Source: a bacterium
Lineage (GTDB): Bacteria; Verrucomicrobiota; Kiritimatiellia; CAIKKV01; CAITUY01
Length of the DNA stretch: 64,000 bases
NCBI GenBank assembly: GCA_037132275.1
Contig: JBAXPK010000007.1
Span: forward strand, 518-64,517
Direction: 5' to 3'
Under the pieces are notes generated by a model, which saw only the letters and a list, made by a program, of their open reading frames with translations, was not told the DNA's origin and did no database searches. Every line of letters begins with the position of its first letter. The stretch's first letter is position 1. The position numbers were made by a program, and so were the translations under genes. Of the stretch, positions 1 to 8,786 are shown one piece after another.

Positions 1-1
1 C

Positions 2-1873
2 GGCAGCCTGACGGCGGCATCCCTGAGTGTGGCGAGCGGCGCGACTCTGGAATATACGCCCAGTAGCGCCCCGATCACGGTGACGGGCGCCCTGACGTTG
101 AACGGCACGCTGAACATCACGGGCTCGGGCTTCGGTGTCGGCACCTACACGCTCTTCAACTACGGCTCGCTCAGCGGCAGCGGGCTGGTCGTAGGCTCGG
201 TGCCTGATAGTTCTCATCGTTACTCCATCTCGACCAACGCGCCAGGTGAGGTGCAACTCCTTGTCGAGAACACTCCTCCCTCGGTGTCCCTTGTGGCGCC
301 GACCAGCGGGGTGACGTACCTGCGAGGCCAGACGGTGTCACTGGCGGCGACGGCGGCCGATGACGTGTCGGTGGCCGGGGTGACCTTCACTGTAGACGGT
401 GTTCTGGTGGGAACCGACACGGTGGAGCCCTACACGGCGAGCTGGACGGCCACGACGGTGGGCAGCCATGAGCTGACGGCGGTGGCGCAGGACGGAGCCG
501 GGTTGATGAGCACGTCGACGGTGACGGTGACAGTGGCGCAGCCTTCGGTGACGCATGTGGGGGCGACCTACAGCGAGGGGAATGCAAACGGCCATGAATA
601 TGGGGTTGATGCCTTCACCAGTATCCAGGGCGCGATCGAAGCGGTGCAGGCCGGAGGAACGGTCTGGGTGACAAACGGCGTCTACAACACGGGTTCGACG
701 AACCTGAACGGGGTGGAGACGCGTGTGGCGCTGACCAAGGCGGTGACGGTGCGCAGTATCAACGGCGCGGCCGTGACGGTCATCGAGGGCGCGGCGGATA
801 AGTCCGCGACAAACGGCCCGTCGGCCGTTCGGTGCGCCTATGTGGGCGGCGGGGCGTCATTGGTCGGCTTCACGCTGACCAACGGGCATACCCGTGAGCT
901 GCCGACAGGGAGTTACACCCCCGCGTGGGACTTACAGGTTTTCGGTGGCGGTATCTTCGCCGAGGCGGGCGGACTGGTTTCGGATTGCCTCATCAAGGGC
1001 AACACGGCGAGCCTGGGTGGTGGCGGCGCGGCGGTCGAAAGCGCGGCGACGCTGCGCGACTGTGTGGTGGTCGGCAATAGTTCGCCCTACGGCGGCGGTG
1101 TGGCGGCGCTGACCACGGCTATGGTGGAGAGTTGCACGCTGAGCGACAACAGCGCGAGCACGCAAGCTGGCGGGTTGTATGCCGACCATGCGGTCGTGCG
1201 CAACACGATCATATGGAGCAACACGGCGCCGACGTCGGCTGAGTACTTCCGCAGCGCTGGCACGTTCCTTCGGAACTGCGCCAAGCCGCTGCCCGTGGGC
1301 ACGGGGAATATCGCGGTGGCTCCGCAGTTCATCGGTCAGGCGTGGGGCAACTACGCGCTGGCGGGAACCTCGCCGTGTATTGACGCGGGGACGAACCAGT
1401 CGTGGATGACCGGCGCGAAGGATGTGAACGGCCAGACCCGCCTGCAGGACGGTAATGGCGATGGCAAGACGATCGTGGATATCGGCGCCTATGAGTTTGG
1501 TGCGGCGCCGAGGCTGGTGATCACGGCCAATGGGTTCAACGCGCCGTTGACGGTGGCGGCAGGCGAGCGGGTCCAGGTGGCGATCACGGTGAACAAGGGG
1601 GCGGGCGTGCCGAACAAGGACTGGTGGCTGTTGCAGGAGACTCCGGATGCCAATTGGCAGTACTACGACACGGCATCAGGTCTCTGGAAGACGGGCATCA
1701 AGGTCACCTACAAGGGGCCGTTTGCCTCGATGGGCGTGACGCCGATGCTTGAGAGCACGACGCTGCCGGTGGGGACGAACCTGTTCTACTTCGGCGTGGA
1801 CTCCAGGATGGACGGGATCCTGCAGCCAGACAAGCTGATCTACGACAGCGTCCAGGTCATTGTGACGCCGTAA
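2..1873 (+). CDS. Secreted beta-helix / Ig-like repeat surface protein, 5'-truncated by the window edge
   Basis: The frame is open from base 2 with no upstream stop. N-terminal beta-strand repeats (ALTLNGTLNITGSG). Ig-like module (PPSVSLVAPTSG...TVTVTVAQ). Gly-rich parallel beta-helix-type repeats (GGGIFAEAGG, GGGGAAVES, GGGVAAL). C-terminal ~100 aa domain shared with 20903..22987. Strong terminator follows. Confidence 0.6.
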   Translation, partial: GSLTAASLSVASGATLEYTPSSAPITVTGALTLNGTLNITGSGFGVGTYTLFNYGSLSGSGLVVGSVPDSSHRYSISTNAPGEVQLLVENTPPSVSLVAPTSGVTYLRGQTVSLAATAADDVSVAGVTFTVDGVLVGTDTVEPYTASWTATTVGSHELTAVAQDGAGLMSTSTVTVTVAQPSVTHVGATYSEGNANGHEYGVDAFTSIQGAIEAVQAGGTVWVTNGVYNTGSTNLNGVETRVALTKAVTVRSINGAAVTVIEGAADKSATNGPSAVRCAYVGGGASLVGFTLTNGHTRELPTGSYTPAWDLQVFGGGIFAEAGGLVSDCLIKGNTASLGGGGAAVESAATLRDCVVVGNSSPYGGGVAALTTAMVESCTLSDNSASTQAGGLYADHAVVRNTIIWSNTAPTSAEYFRSAGTFLRNCAKPLPVGTGNIAVAPQFIGQAWGNYALAGTSPCIDAGTNQSWMTGAKDVNGQTRLQDGNGDGKTIVDIGAYEFGAAPRLVITANGFNAPLTVAAGERVQVAITVNKGAGVPNKDWWLLQETPDANWQYYDTASGLWKTGIKVTYKGPFASMGVTPMLESTTLPVGTNLFYFGVDSRMDGILQPDKLIYDSVQVIVTP

Positions 1874-1900
1874 GCAGGAATGATGTTGGTTAGTGGTTCT

Positions 1901-1940
1901 GAACCCGGAGACAACGAGTGTTGTCTCCGGGTTCTCTTTA
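1901..1940 (+). terminator. Rho-independent terminator
   Basis: Perfect 15-bp stem gaacccggagacaac / gttgtctccgggttc (1901-1915, 1920-1934) with loop gagt, followed by tcttta. Confidence 0.7.
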
Positions 1941-1975
1941 AGCGAAGCCCTTGCGCAAAAGCGCCACGCAAAGGT

Positions 1976-2018
1976 GTAACCACTCCCTAATCCCTGACTA
2001 ACATTTCGGATTCATAGT
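1976..2018 (+). promoter_or_regulatory. Pho-box-like promoter element: three 11-bp-phased CTRAY motifs plus a CATAGT -10-like hexamer
   Basis: GTAAC at 1976, CTAAT at 1987, CTAAC at 1998. Palindrome TGACTA-N14-TAGTCA at 1995-2020. CATAGT at 2013-2018, exactly 15 nt after the proximal CTAA as at the other copies. Confidence 0.45.
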
Positions 2019-2055
2019 CAATTCCATTTGTTCAAGGCGTTGACACTGTGCGAAA

Positions 2056-3438
2056 TTGAAATTTATGAGCCAGACAAACAACAACGAAACAGAAGAGAAA
2101 CGGTTCTCCAAATGGCATACTGCCAGTGCGTGCCTCGGCTTGTGTTTCTTTTGCCTGGTATGGGGGGGGATATCCGTCCAGCATGGGTTTTTCCCTGGGT
2201 ATTTGCTTCGCAACGCCTATGAGGGGGCCAAAGCGGCAAGGGCTAGCTTGCACTATTGGCACATGCGATATAGCGACGACCTCTGGTCGACAAACCGGTT
2301 TTCGCGTAGTGGTGTCACGATTCATGACCCGGCCAGGACGTTTGAGGGCTACACCTTGTATACGTCCGGACACAGTCAGGCAGCGGTGCTGATGGATATG
2401 GGCGGGAAGGTTGTCCATGAATGGAAACTGCCCTATGACCAAATATGGGATTCGTCCGGCGAGGTGAAATATCCCCGCCCTCCCCACCAGGTCTTCTGGT
2501 TCAAGGCGAAGGTCTTTCCGAATGGCGATCTTATGGCCGTTGTGGAAGGAAATGGGGGCACACCCTGGGGCCAGGGAATCATCAAGATAGACCGCGATTC
2601 CCGCCTCATCTGGAAGTACCTGGGCTGTGCGCATCACGACTTCAGCATCGGCGACGACGGACGCGTCTACGGGTTGACGCATGCCATCCGTGAGGAACCC
2701 CTAACTAACCTGCCGCTGAGCTATCCCTGCCTGGAAGATTTTGTCGTGGTGCTGTCGCCGGACGGCAAAAAGGAGCAGCAGGTCTCGATGTTCGAAGCCC
2801 TCGCCAATTCGCGTTACAGGCGGGCTCTGGAAGCGGCGCCGAAAACCCCCTACGGGGAATATCTCCATTGCAACGCGGTTCGCGTGGTTGACAAACAGAT
2901 CGTGCGGAATTTCCCCTTTGCGCATGAGGGGCAGGTATTTGTTTCGATCCGTGAATTCAGCGCCGTGGTGCTTGTTGATCTCAGTAAGCGTTCGGTCGTG
3001 AACGCGCTGATTGGTTCATGGAGGTATCAGCATGATCCGGACTTTCTGGATAACGGCCACGTCATGCTCTTCGATAACTATGGCAACATGGAGGATGGGG
3101 GGATTTCGCGTGTCATCGAGTTTGATCCCCTGACCGGCGGCGTGGTGTGGTCTTACCATGGTACGGATGCCAACCCCCTGAGCAGCGAGAAGCGGTCGAA
3201 CGCCCAGCGGCTGCCCAATGGGAACACGCTCATCACGGAATCGGATTCAGGAAGACTCCTCGAAGTGACGACCCAAGGTGACGTGGTCTGGGAATTCATC
3301 AATCCCGTCAGGGGTGGAAAGAAAGGGGAGCTCATCCCGGTCATCAGCACCGGCGAGCGCATCGCGCCGGAAAGCCTCGATCCGTCGTTCCGCGACACTC
3401 TTGCTTCAAAACAAACTCAAACGAAAGGCTCACCGTGA
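2056..3438 (+). CDS. Aryl-sulfotransferase (ASST)-like beta-propeller protein with N-terminal membrane anchor
   Basis: N-terminal TM (ASACLGLCFFCLVWGGISV). Motifs recalled from ASST/Arylsulfotran_2 proteins: HHDFSIGDDGRVYGL, YLHCNAVRVVD, QHDPDFLDNGHVMLFDNYGN, RLPNGNTLITESDSGRLLEVTTQGDVVWEF. Start is TTG 2056 or ATG 2065. Confidence 0.55.
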   Translation: MKFMSQTNNNETEEKRFSKWHTASACLGLCFFCLVWGGISVQHGFFPGYLLRNAYEGAKAARASLHYWHMRYSDDLWSTNRFSRSGVTIHDPARTFEGYTLYTSGHSQAAVLMDMGGKVVHEWKLPYDQIWDSSGEVKYPRPPHQVFWFKAKVFPNGDLMAVVEGNGGTPWGQGIIKIDRDSRLIWKYLGCAHHDFSIGDDGRVYGLTHAIREEPLTNLPLSYPCLEDFVVVLSPDGKKEQQVSMFEALANSRYRRALEAAPKTPYGEYLHCNAVRVVDKQIVRNFPFAHEGQVFVSIREFSAVVLVDLSKRSVVNALIGSWRYQHDPDFLDNGHVMLFDNYGNMEDGGISRVIEFDPLTGGVVWSYHGTDANPLSSEKRSNAQRLPNGNTLITESDSGRLLEVTTQGDVVWEFINPVRGGKKGELIPVISTGERIAPESLDPSFRDTLASKQTQTKGSP

Positions 3439-3695
3439 ATACACGCATGACCGTATTTTTGTTAGCCATTGTAAGTCTCTTTGGCATTGTGCCTTCGGCC
3501 ATGGCTTATGTCGGACCCGGTGCGGGACTGACGCTGGTCGGATCGTTTATCGGGCTTTGCCTCACCCTGTTGGTGGCTTTGTGGGCTGTCCTTTCGTGGC
3601 CGATTCGCAGACTGCTTAAGCGCAGGGGACGGGGCGCTTCAGGTGGAGAAAAGGCTCCTGAGATGGATCACACACATGACAGCCCCTCTTCTTGA
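3435..3695 (+). CDS. Small two-TM membrane protein
   Basis: Two hydrophobic helices joined by YVGPGAG, followed by a basic tail (RRLLKRRGRG). Overlaps the upstream stop by 4 nt (GTGA). An alternative ATG start lies at 3447. Confidence 0.45.
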   Translation: MNTRMTVFLLAIVSLFGIVPSAMAYVGPGAGLTLVGSFIGLCLTLLVALWAVLSWPIRRLLKRRGRGASGGEKAPEMDHTHDSPSS

Positions 3696-4131
3696 CCTGA
3701 TTGACACGCGTTTGCTGGGATTCCTGCCTGACTTGGCTAAAATCGCGGTGTGGGCCGTGCTGTGCAGCATCATCTCCATGGCACTCTACCGGTGGCTTTC
3801 CCCGCAGAAGCGGCTGGCGGCGGCCAAAGATGACGCCAACCGGACGCGCCTGACGCTTTCCCGCTACGATGGTCCAGGGGACGGGTTGCCCCCGCTCATC
3901 AGGGCATCGTTACTCGCGGCACTCCGGCATATGGGTTTGTGTTTGGGGCCCGCTCTTGTGTCTTCAATTCCCGTGATCGCCATATTCCTATGGATGAACG
4001 CCGTCTACGGCACACCGGCGCGGGACACCCTGTCATTCGGCCCGTCCTGGTTCAGGGCATGGTATGTGCCGTTCAGTGTCGTCATGCTGGCGGCATCACT
4101 GACGATCAAGAAGGTGTGGCGCATTGTGTAG
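3643..4131 (+). CDS. Hypothetical integral membrane protein
   Basis: Three to four hydrophobic segments. Sits in the operon between the ASST-like and sulfotransferase genes. The start is uncertain (ATG 3676 is possible). No family recognised. Confidence 0.4.
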   Translation: MEKRLLRWITHMTAPLLDLIDTRLLGFLPDLAKIAVWAVLCSIISMALYRWLSPQKRLAAAKDDANRTRLTLSRYDGPGDGLPPLIRASLLAALRHMGLCLGPALVSSIPVIAIFLWMNAVYGTPARDTLSFGPSWFRAWYVPFSVVMLAASLTIKKVWRIV

Positions 4132-4155
4132 GCGGGGTCTGCTGGAGTAAGGTTC

Positions 4156-5280
4156 ATGGACAAAACAACACAAGAGAGTTCGGACTTTCAGGTTGACTGG
4201 TTGACAAACCGATTGAGCCAATGGGTCTGGAAGTCGCCGGGGCGTGCTGTTCGGCTGGGGAACCATGAGAGCCGGTGGTTTGCCGATGAATTACAGTCCT
4301 GCCCGGTTCAGAAGCCGGTGTTCATTGCGGGGTTGGCAAGGTCGGGAACCACGATCCTGCTGGAGTTCATGGCGATGCTAGACGGGGTGGCCACCCATCG
4401 ATACCGTGATTTCCCGCTGGTGCATATGCCTATCTGGTGGAACGAGTTCCTGAACCTCACTCCCCGGAAACGCATGGAGCCCGTCGAAAGGAGCCATCGC
4501 GACGGCATTGTGATCACGCCCGAAAGCCCGGAGGCGATGGAAGAGCCCCTCTGGATGAGTTTCTTTCCGCTGGCCCACGACTCGGCGGTCAGCCAGGTGC
4601 TGAATGCGGCCACGGTGAACCCGGGATTTGAAGCGTTTTTCCAAGACCACTTGCGCAAGATCCTGTTCGTGCGCCAGGGTCGCCGCTATGTGTCGAAGGG
4701 CAATTACAACGTCACGCGGCTCGAGTATCTCCTGCGTCTGTTTCCGGACGCACGGTTTGTGGTGCCGGTGCGGGAACCTGCGGGGCACGTGGCTTCACTC
4801 ATCAAGCAGCACCGCATCTTCGGCGAAAATCTTCGAGGCAATCCGCGTGCGCTTGAGTATCTGCGCCGCGTTGGGCACTTCGAATTCGGGCCGGACAGGC
4901 GGGCGATCAATGTGGGGGACACGGTCCTGGCCCGGGAGATTGAAGCGTTGTGGGCCGCCGGCGAAGAGGTGCGTGGTTGGGCCCGATACTGGGCCTCCAT
5001 CCATGGTTTCCTTGCGGGGCGCATGGAATCGGATCCGCTCTTTCGGAAGGCTGTACGACTGGTTCGGTTTGAGGAACTGTGCGAGCGGCCGGCCGCTGAA
5101 CTCAGGAAGATCGCGGAGCATGGTGAGTTTACAGATGCCGCGCGAGGCGCGGACTCTTTCGCGGAACGAATTCGGTTCCCTCGGTACTACGCGCCTTCGT
5201 TCAGTGAAGCCGACGGGATGGCCATTAAGGACGAAACGGCGTCCGTGTTCATGCGACTCATGCGTCTCCAACAACAATGA
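4156..5280 (+). CDS. PAPS-dependent sulfotransferase family protein
   Basis: 5'-phosphosulfate-binding P-loop FIAGLARSGTTILLEFM. A downstream VPVREPAGHVASL segment resembles the 3'-phosphate-binding motif of sulfotransferase-domain proteins. Confidence 0.65.
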   Translation: MDKTTQESSDFQVDWLTNRLSQWVWKSPGRAVRLGNHESRWFADELQSCPVQKPVFIAGLARSGTTILLEFMAMLDGVATHRYRDFPLVHMPIWWNEFLNLTPRKRMEPVERSHRDGIVITPESPEAMEEPLWMSFFPLAHDSAVSQVLNAATVNPGFEAFFQDHLRKILFVRQGRRYVSKGNYNVTRLEYLLRLFPDARFVVPVREPAGHVASLIKQHRIFGENLRGNPRALEYLRRVGHFEFGPDRRAINVGDTVLAREIEALWAAGEEVRGWARYWASIHGFLAGRMESDPLFRKAVRLVRFEELCERPAAELRKIAEHGEFTDAARGADSFAERIRFPRYYAPSFSEADGMAIKDETASVFMRLMRLQQQ

Positions 5281-5293
5281 AAGGGCTCGTATT

Positions 5294-6244
5294 ATGAAGA
5301 ACAGGCAGTTTTATAATGGGATGTCGGTATTACTTGCCGTGGTTTCGCTTCTGGGCGCAGGCTGCGGTAAGCGGCAGACTGCGCCGGAGGCCCGGATCAC
5401 GGTTTCGGGTGCCTGGGCGCTTTACCCGATGATGGTGAAATGGGCGGAAGAATATAGGAAGTCACATCCCGGGATTCAGATCGATATTTCTGCAGGCGGA
5501 GCCGGAAAAGGGATGACGGATGCCTTATCAGGCGCCGCCGATATCGGCATGGTTTCACGGGATATCAATCCCTCCGAAGCGGGTAAGGGGGCATGGTGGG
5601 TGGCGGTGGTCAAGGATGCCGTGATTCCCGTCATGAATGCCTCAAACCCGAACGGCGGCATCCTCGCCAAACGGGGTCTCAAGAAAGAGGAATTTACCGC
5701 CATCTTTGTGAAGGGAAATGTTCAGGATTGGAGTTTTGCGGGCGGCACACCAACTCCGCTTCATGTTTATACTCGATCAGACGCCTGCGGCGCAGCGGAA
5801 ACCTGGGCCAAGTATCTTGGCGCCAAGCAGGAAGACTTGAAGGGAACCGCCGTTTACGGGGATCCCGGCGTGGCCGAAGCCGTGCGCAAAGACGTGTCAG
5901 GCATCGGGTTCAATAATCTGATTTTCGCCTATGACATCAAGAGCGGTCAACCCCTTCCGGGTATATGCGTCATCCCCATCGACAGCAATGGGAACGGCGC
6001 CGTGGATCCCGGGGAGGATTTCTATGGGACCCACAAGGCGGTCATGCAGGCAATTGCTACGGGGCGTTATCCCTCCCCGCCAGCCCGTGATCTGAATCTG
6101 GTGCATCATGGGCCCCCCCCGTCCGGACCTGTTGCCGATTTTATCAAGTGGGTGCTTGCGGAGGGGCAAGCGTTTGTATCCGAAGCCGGCTATATCGCCC
6201 TGCCCGCTGAAATCCTCAACAGCCAGAAGGCAAAGCTGAAATAG
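5294..6244 (+). CDS. pstS: Phosphate ABC transporter substrate-binding lipoprotein PstS
   Basis: Lipobox LLGAGC. PstS-type motifs ITVSGAWALYP, ISAGGAGKGMTDALSGAADIGMVSRDINPSE. ATG 5294 lies 13 nt after the sulfotransferase stop. The longer track ORF from 4628 overlaps the previous gene and is Arg/Ser/Cys-rich. Confidence 0.8.
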   Translation: MKNRQFYNGMSVLLAVVSLLGAGCGKRQTAPEARITVSGAWALYPMMVKWAEEYRKSHPGIQIDISAGGAGKGMTDALSGAADIGMVSRDINPSEAGKGAWWVAVVKDAVIPVMNASNPNGGILAKRGLKKEEFTAIFVKGNVQDWSFAGGTPTPLHVYTRSDACGAAETWAKYLGAKQEDLKGTAVYGDPGVAEAVRKDVSGIGFNNLIFAYDIKSGQPLPGICVIPIDSNGNGAVDPGEDFYGTHKAVMQAIATGRYPSPPARDLNLVHHGPPPSGPVADFIKWVLAEGQAFVSEAGYIALPAEILNSQKAKLK

Positions 6245-6247
6245 GCC

Positions 6248-7150
6248 ATGGATCGTGATTCCATACGACAGGGACTGGATTGCTGGGGCCGCCGAGGCAT
6301 GGTTGCGACGGTGGCGATGTGCATTTTACTCCTACTGCTTATGGCGATGGGCCTGCTGTGGAAATCCTGGCCCATTCTTAGCTCACATTCACTGGCAGGC
6401 CTGTTTCTTTCCAGCGTCTGGAAACCCCATGGAGGGCAGTTCGGATTTCTGGCCTTCATTCTGGGTTCCTTATGCATTACCGGAGTAGCGGTGCTGCTGG
6501 CCGCGCCGGTTTCGTTGTTAACGTCCATCTATCTGTCCGAATATGCCGGACGCCGGATCCGGGCGTTGATGTCGCCCCTGATCGATCTCCTGGCGGGCAT
6601 TCCCTCGGTGGTTTACGGGGTGTGGGGAGTGCTGGTGGTCGTTCCCCTGGTGAAAGATCATCTAGCGCCGGTATTCGGCCGATATTCATCCGGGTATTGC
6701 GTTCTTTCCGCCGGGGTGGTGCTGGCCATCATGATTTTGCCTGTCGTCATTCATGTGGGCCTGGATGTGTTGAAGTCCGTTCCCCAGGGGTTGCGCGAGG
6801 CCTCCCTGTCACTGGGCGCGAATCGGTGGGAAACGGTGAAGCATGTAGTATTGCGGCGTGCGGCGCCGGGCCTGTTGGCCGCCAATGTTTTAGGCGTGTC
6901 GCGGGCCTTTGGCGAGACGATGGCCGTTCTCATGGTGGCGGGGAACGTCGCCGTGACTCCGAAATCCGCATTCGATCCCGCCTACCCGCTACCCGCGCTC
7001 ATTGCCAACAACTACGGCGAGATGATGTCGATCCCGCAGTATGACTCCGCCCTGATGCTGGCGGCGCTCATGCTTTTCGTGGTGGTACTGGGTTTCAATT
7101 TATTGTCGCGCTGGGTTTTTGCCCGTATGGAGTTGCGCATTTCAGGATGA
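6248..7150 (+). CDS. pstC: Phosphate ABC transporter permease PstC
   Basis: Multi-TM permease with an EAA-like loop (GLREASLSLGANRWETVKHVVLRRAAPGL). Lies immediately after pstS. Confidence 0.8.
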   Translation: MDRDSIRQGLDCWGRRGMVATVAMCILLLLLMAMGLLWKSWPILSSHSLAGLFLSSVWKPHGGQFGFLAFILGSLCITGVAVLLAAPVSLLTSIYLSEYAGRRIRALMSPLIDLLAGIPSVVYGVWGVLVVVPLVKDHLAPVFGRYSSGYCVLSAGVVLAIMILPVVIHVGLDVLKSVPQGLREASLSLGANRWETVKHVVLRRAAPGLLAANVLGVSRAFGETMAVLMVAGNVAVTPKSAFDPAYPLPALIANNYGEMMSIPQYDSALMLAALMLFVVVLGFNLLSRWVFARMELRISG

Positions 7151-7154
7151 ACCC

Positions 7155-8003
7155 ATGAGAAAGCAGATTGAAGAAATTGCCGCCAAAATCCTGATGATCG
7201 GAGCCGCCGTGGTGGTGGCCGGGATGGTCGTTTTGATTCTCGGAACCGTGTTATGGCGCGGCCTCCCGGCGTTGAGTTGGGAAATGATCTCGCAGACTCC
7301 GTCCGGCGGTTACTATCTCGGAAAGGGCGGCGGCATTCTCAATGCCATCGTCGGGTCACTTTCGGTGGCCGGTGGCGCAACCCTGCTGTCGCTCGGCCTG
7401 GCTTTGCCAGTGGCGTTGAGCCTGAATGTCTATTTCAAGACCCATTCCCGACTGGCGGGTTGCGTCAGGGGCTCGTTGGATGTGCTGTGGGGTGTGCCCT
7501 CCATTGTCTATGGCGCCTTCGGGTTTGCGTTTATGCTTTGGCTCGGACTCCGCGCTTCCCTCCTGGGGGGGATTATCACCGTGGCTTTGATGATCCTCCC
7601 CATCATGATCCGGGCCATGGATGAAGTGATTCACATGGTTCCGCACGAGATGCTGGAAGCCTCCGATGCCCTGGGTGCCACCCGGTGGGAGGGCGCCTGG
7701 AAGGTAATCCTCCGGCAGGCGCTTCCCGGACTTGCCAGCGCGGCGCTGATCGCCTTCGGGCGGGGGATCGGGGATGCCGCCTCTGTTCTTTTCACGGCGG
7801 GATTTTCGGACCGGATTCCGATGTCACTTGCGGATCCTGCTGCGACCCTGCCGCTGGCCATATTCTTCCAGTTGGGTACCCCGTTCCCGGAGGTTCAGCA
7901 ACGGGGCTATGCTGCGGCGCTGATATTAACGGCCATCGTGCTGACGGCCAGCGCTCTGGCGCGTCTGGTCAGCCATCGGGCGGGACGGTTTGTAATTCGA
8001 TGA
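7155..8003 (+). CDS. pstA: Phosphate ABC transporter permease PstA
   Basis: Multi-TM permease with EASDALGATRWEGAWKVILRQALPGL. ATG 7155 lies 4 nt after the pstC stop. Confidence 0.8.
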   Translation: MRKQIEEIAAKILMIGAAVVVAGMVVLILGTVLWRGLPALSWEMISQTPSGGYYLGKGGGILNAIVGSLSVAGGATLLSLGLALPVALSLNVYFKTHSRLAGCVRGSLDVLWGVPSIVYGAFGFAFMLWLGLRASLLGGIITVALMILPIMIRAMDEVIHMVPHEMLEASDALGATRWEGAWKVILRQALPGLASAALIAFGRGIGDAASVLFTAGFSDRIPMSLADPAATLPLAIFFQLGTPFPEVQQRGYAAALILTAIVLTASALARLVSHRAGRFVIR

Positions 8004-8013
8004 AGGACATACC

Positions 8014-8775
8014 ATGACAGCCAATACCCCTATTGAAGTGAAAGACCTGAATGTGCATTACGGCACGATCCATGCTTTGAAAAATATCCACGTTAGTATC
8101 CCCAATTGCCAGATCACGGCAGTCATCGGCCCCTCGGGGTGCGGTAAGTCTACCTTGTTGCGTTCGTTCAACCGCATGCTCGACACCATGGATGATGTGC
8201 GGGTCACAGGCGGGGTGCTGGTCGACGGTGAGAATATTTTTGCGGCCAATGCGGATGTGCCGCGTCTACGCCGCAAGATGGGACTGCTTTCTCAGCGGCC
8301 GTTTCTCCTGCCTATGTCGATCTATGACAATGTGGCCTACGGGCCGCGCATCCATGGGATCAGCCGCCATTCCGACCTGGATTGCACCGTGGAAAAATAC
8401 CTCCGGATGGCCAACATGTGGGATGAGGTCAAGGATCGTCTTCGCGAGCCCGCTGCAAAGCTGTCGATCGGTCAACAGCAACGGCTCTGCCTGGCGCGGG
8501 GCCTCGCTGTGGAACCCGAGATTATCCTGGCGGACGAGCCCACCTCGGCGCTGGACCCGATTTCAAGCCGTCACATTGAACAACAATTCCGAGAGTTACG
8601 GGCTGACTACACGCTGGTGATGGTGACCCATATTCTTCGGCAGGCCCGTCGCCTGGCCGACTATGTGCTTTTCATGTATCTGGGTGAACTCATCGAGCAC
8701 GGGCCGGCGGCCGAACTGTTTGAGAATCCCCGCGAGGAATTGACGAAGGATTATATCAAGGGAACGATCAGTTAG
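8014..8775 (+). CDS. pstB: Phosphate ABC transporter ATP-binding protein PstB
   Basis: Walker A GPSGCGKST, signature LSIGQQQRLCLARGL, Walker B IILADEPTSALD. PstB-typical N-terminus (VKDLNVHYG) and C-terminus (TKDYIKG). Confidence 0.85.
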   Translation: MTANTPIEVKDLNVHYGTIHALKNIHVSIPNCQITAVIGPSGCGKSTLLRSFNRMLDTMDDVRVTGGVLVDGENIFAANADVPRLRRKMGLLSQRPFLLPMSIYDNVAYGPRIHGISRHSDLDCTVEKYLRMANMWDEVKDRLREPAAKLSIGQQQRLCLARGLAVEPEIILADEPTSALDPISSRHIEQQFRELRADYTLVMVTHILRQARRLADYVLFMYLGELIEHGPAAELFENPREELTKDYIKGTIS

Positions 8776-8786
8776 GAGGCCAGGCC

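Noticed and set aside
2040-2068. TTGACA-N17-TTATGA sigma70-like pair just before the ASST-like gene
   Set aside because: The implied TSS would fall inside the coding sequence, after both candidate start codons (2056 and 2065). The upstream CATAGT element fits better.
4628-5293. N-terminal 222-codon extension of the pstS ORF given in the track
   Set aside because: It overlaps the sulfotransferase gene in another frame and is Arg/Ser/Cys-rich nonsense. A proper lipoprotein signal peptide starts at ATG 5294.
5294-8775. The idea that the Pst-like transporter in the cys/sulfotransferase operon actually imports sulfate
   Set aside because: PstS, PstC, PstA and PstB all show ordinary phosphate-transporter motifs, including the GMVSRD segment typical of PstS-type binders. 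I cannot identify specificity-changing residues by eye, so the sequence alone gives no support.
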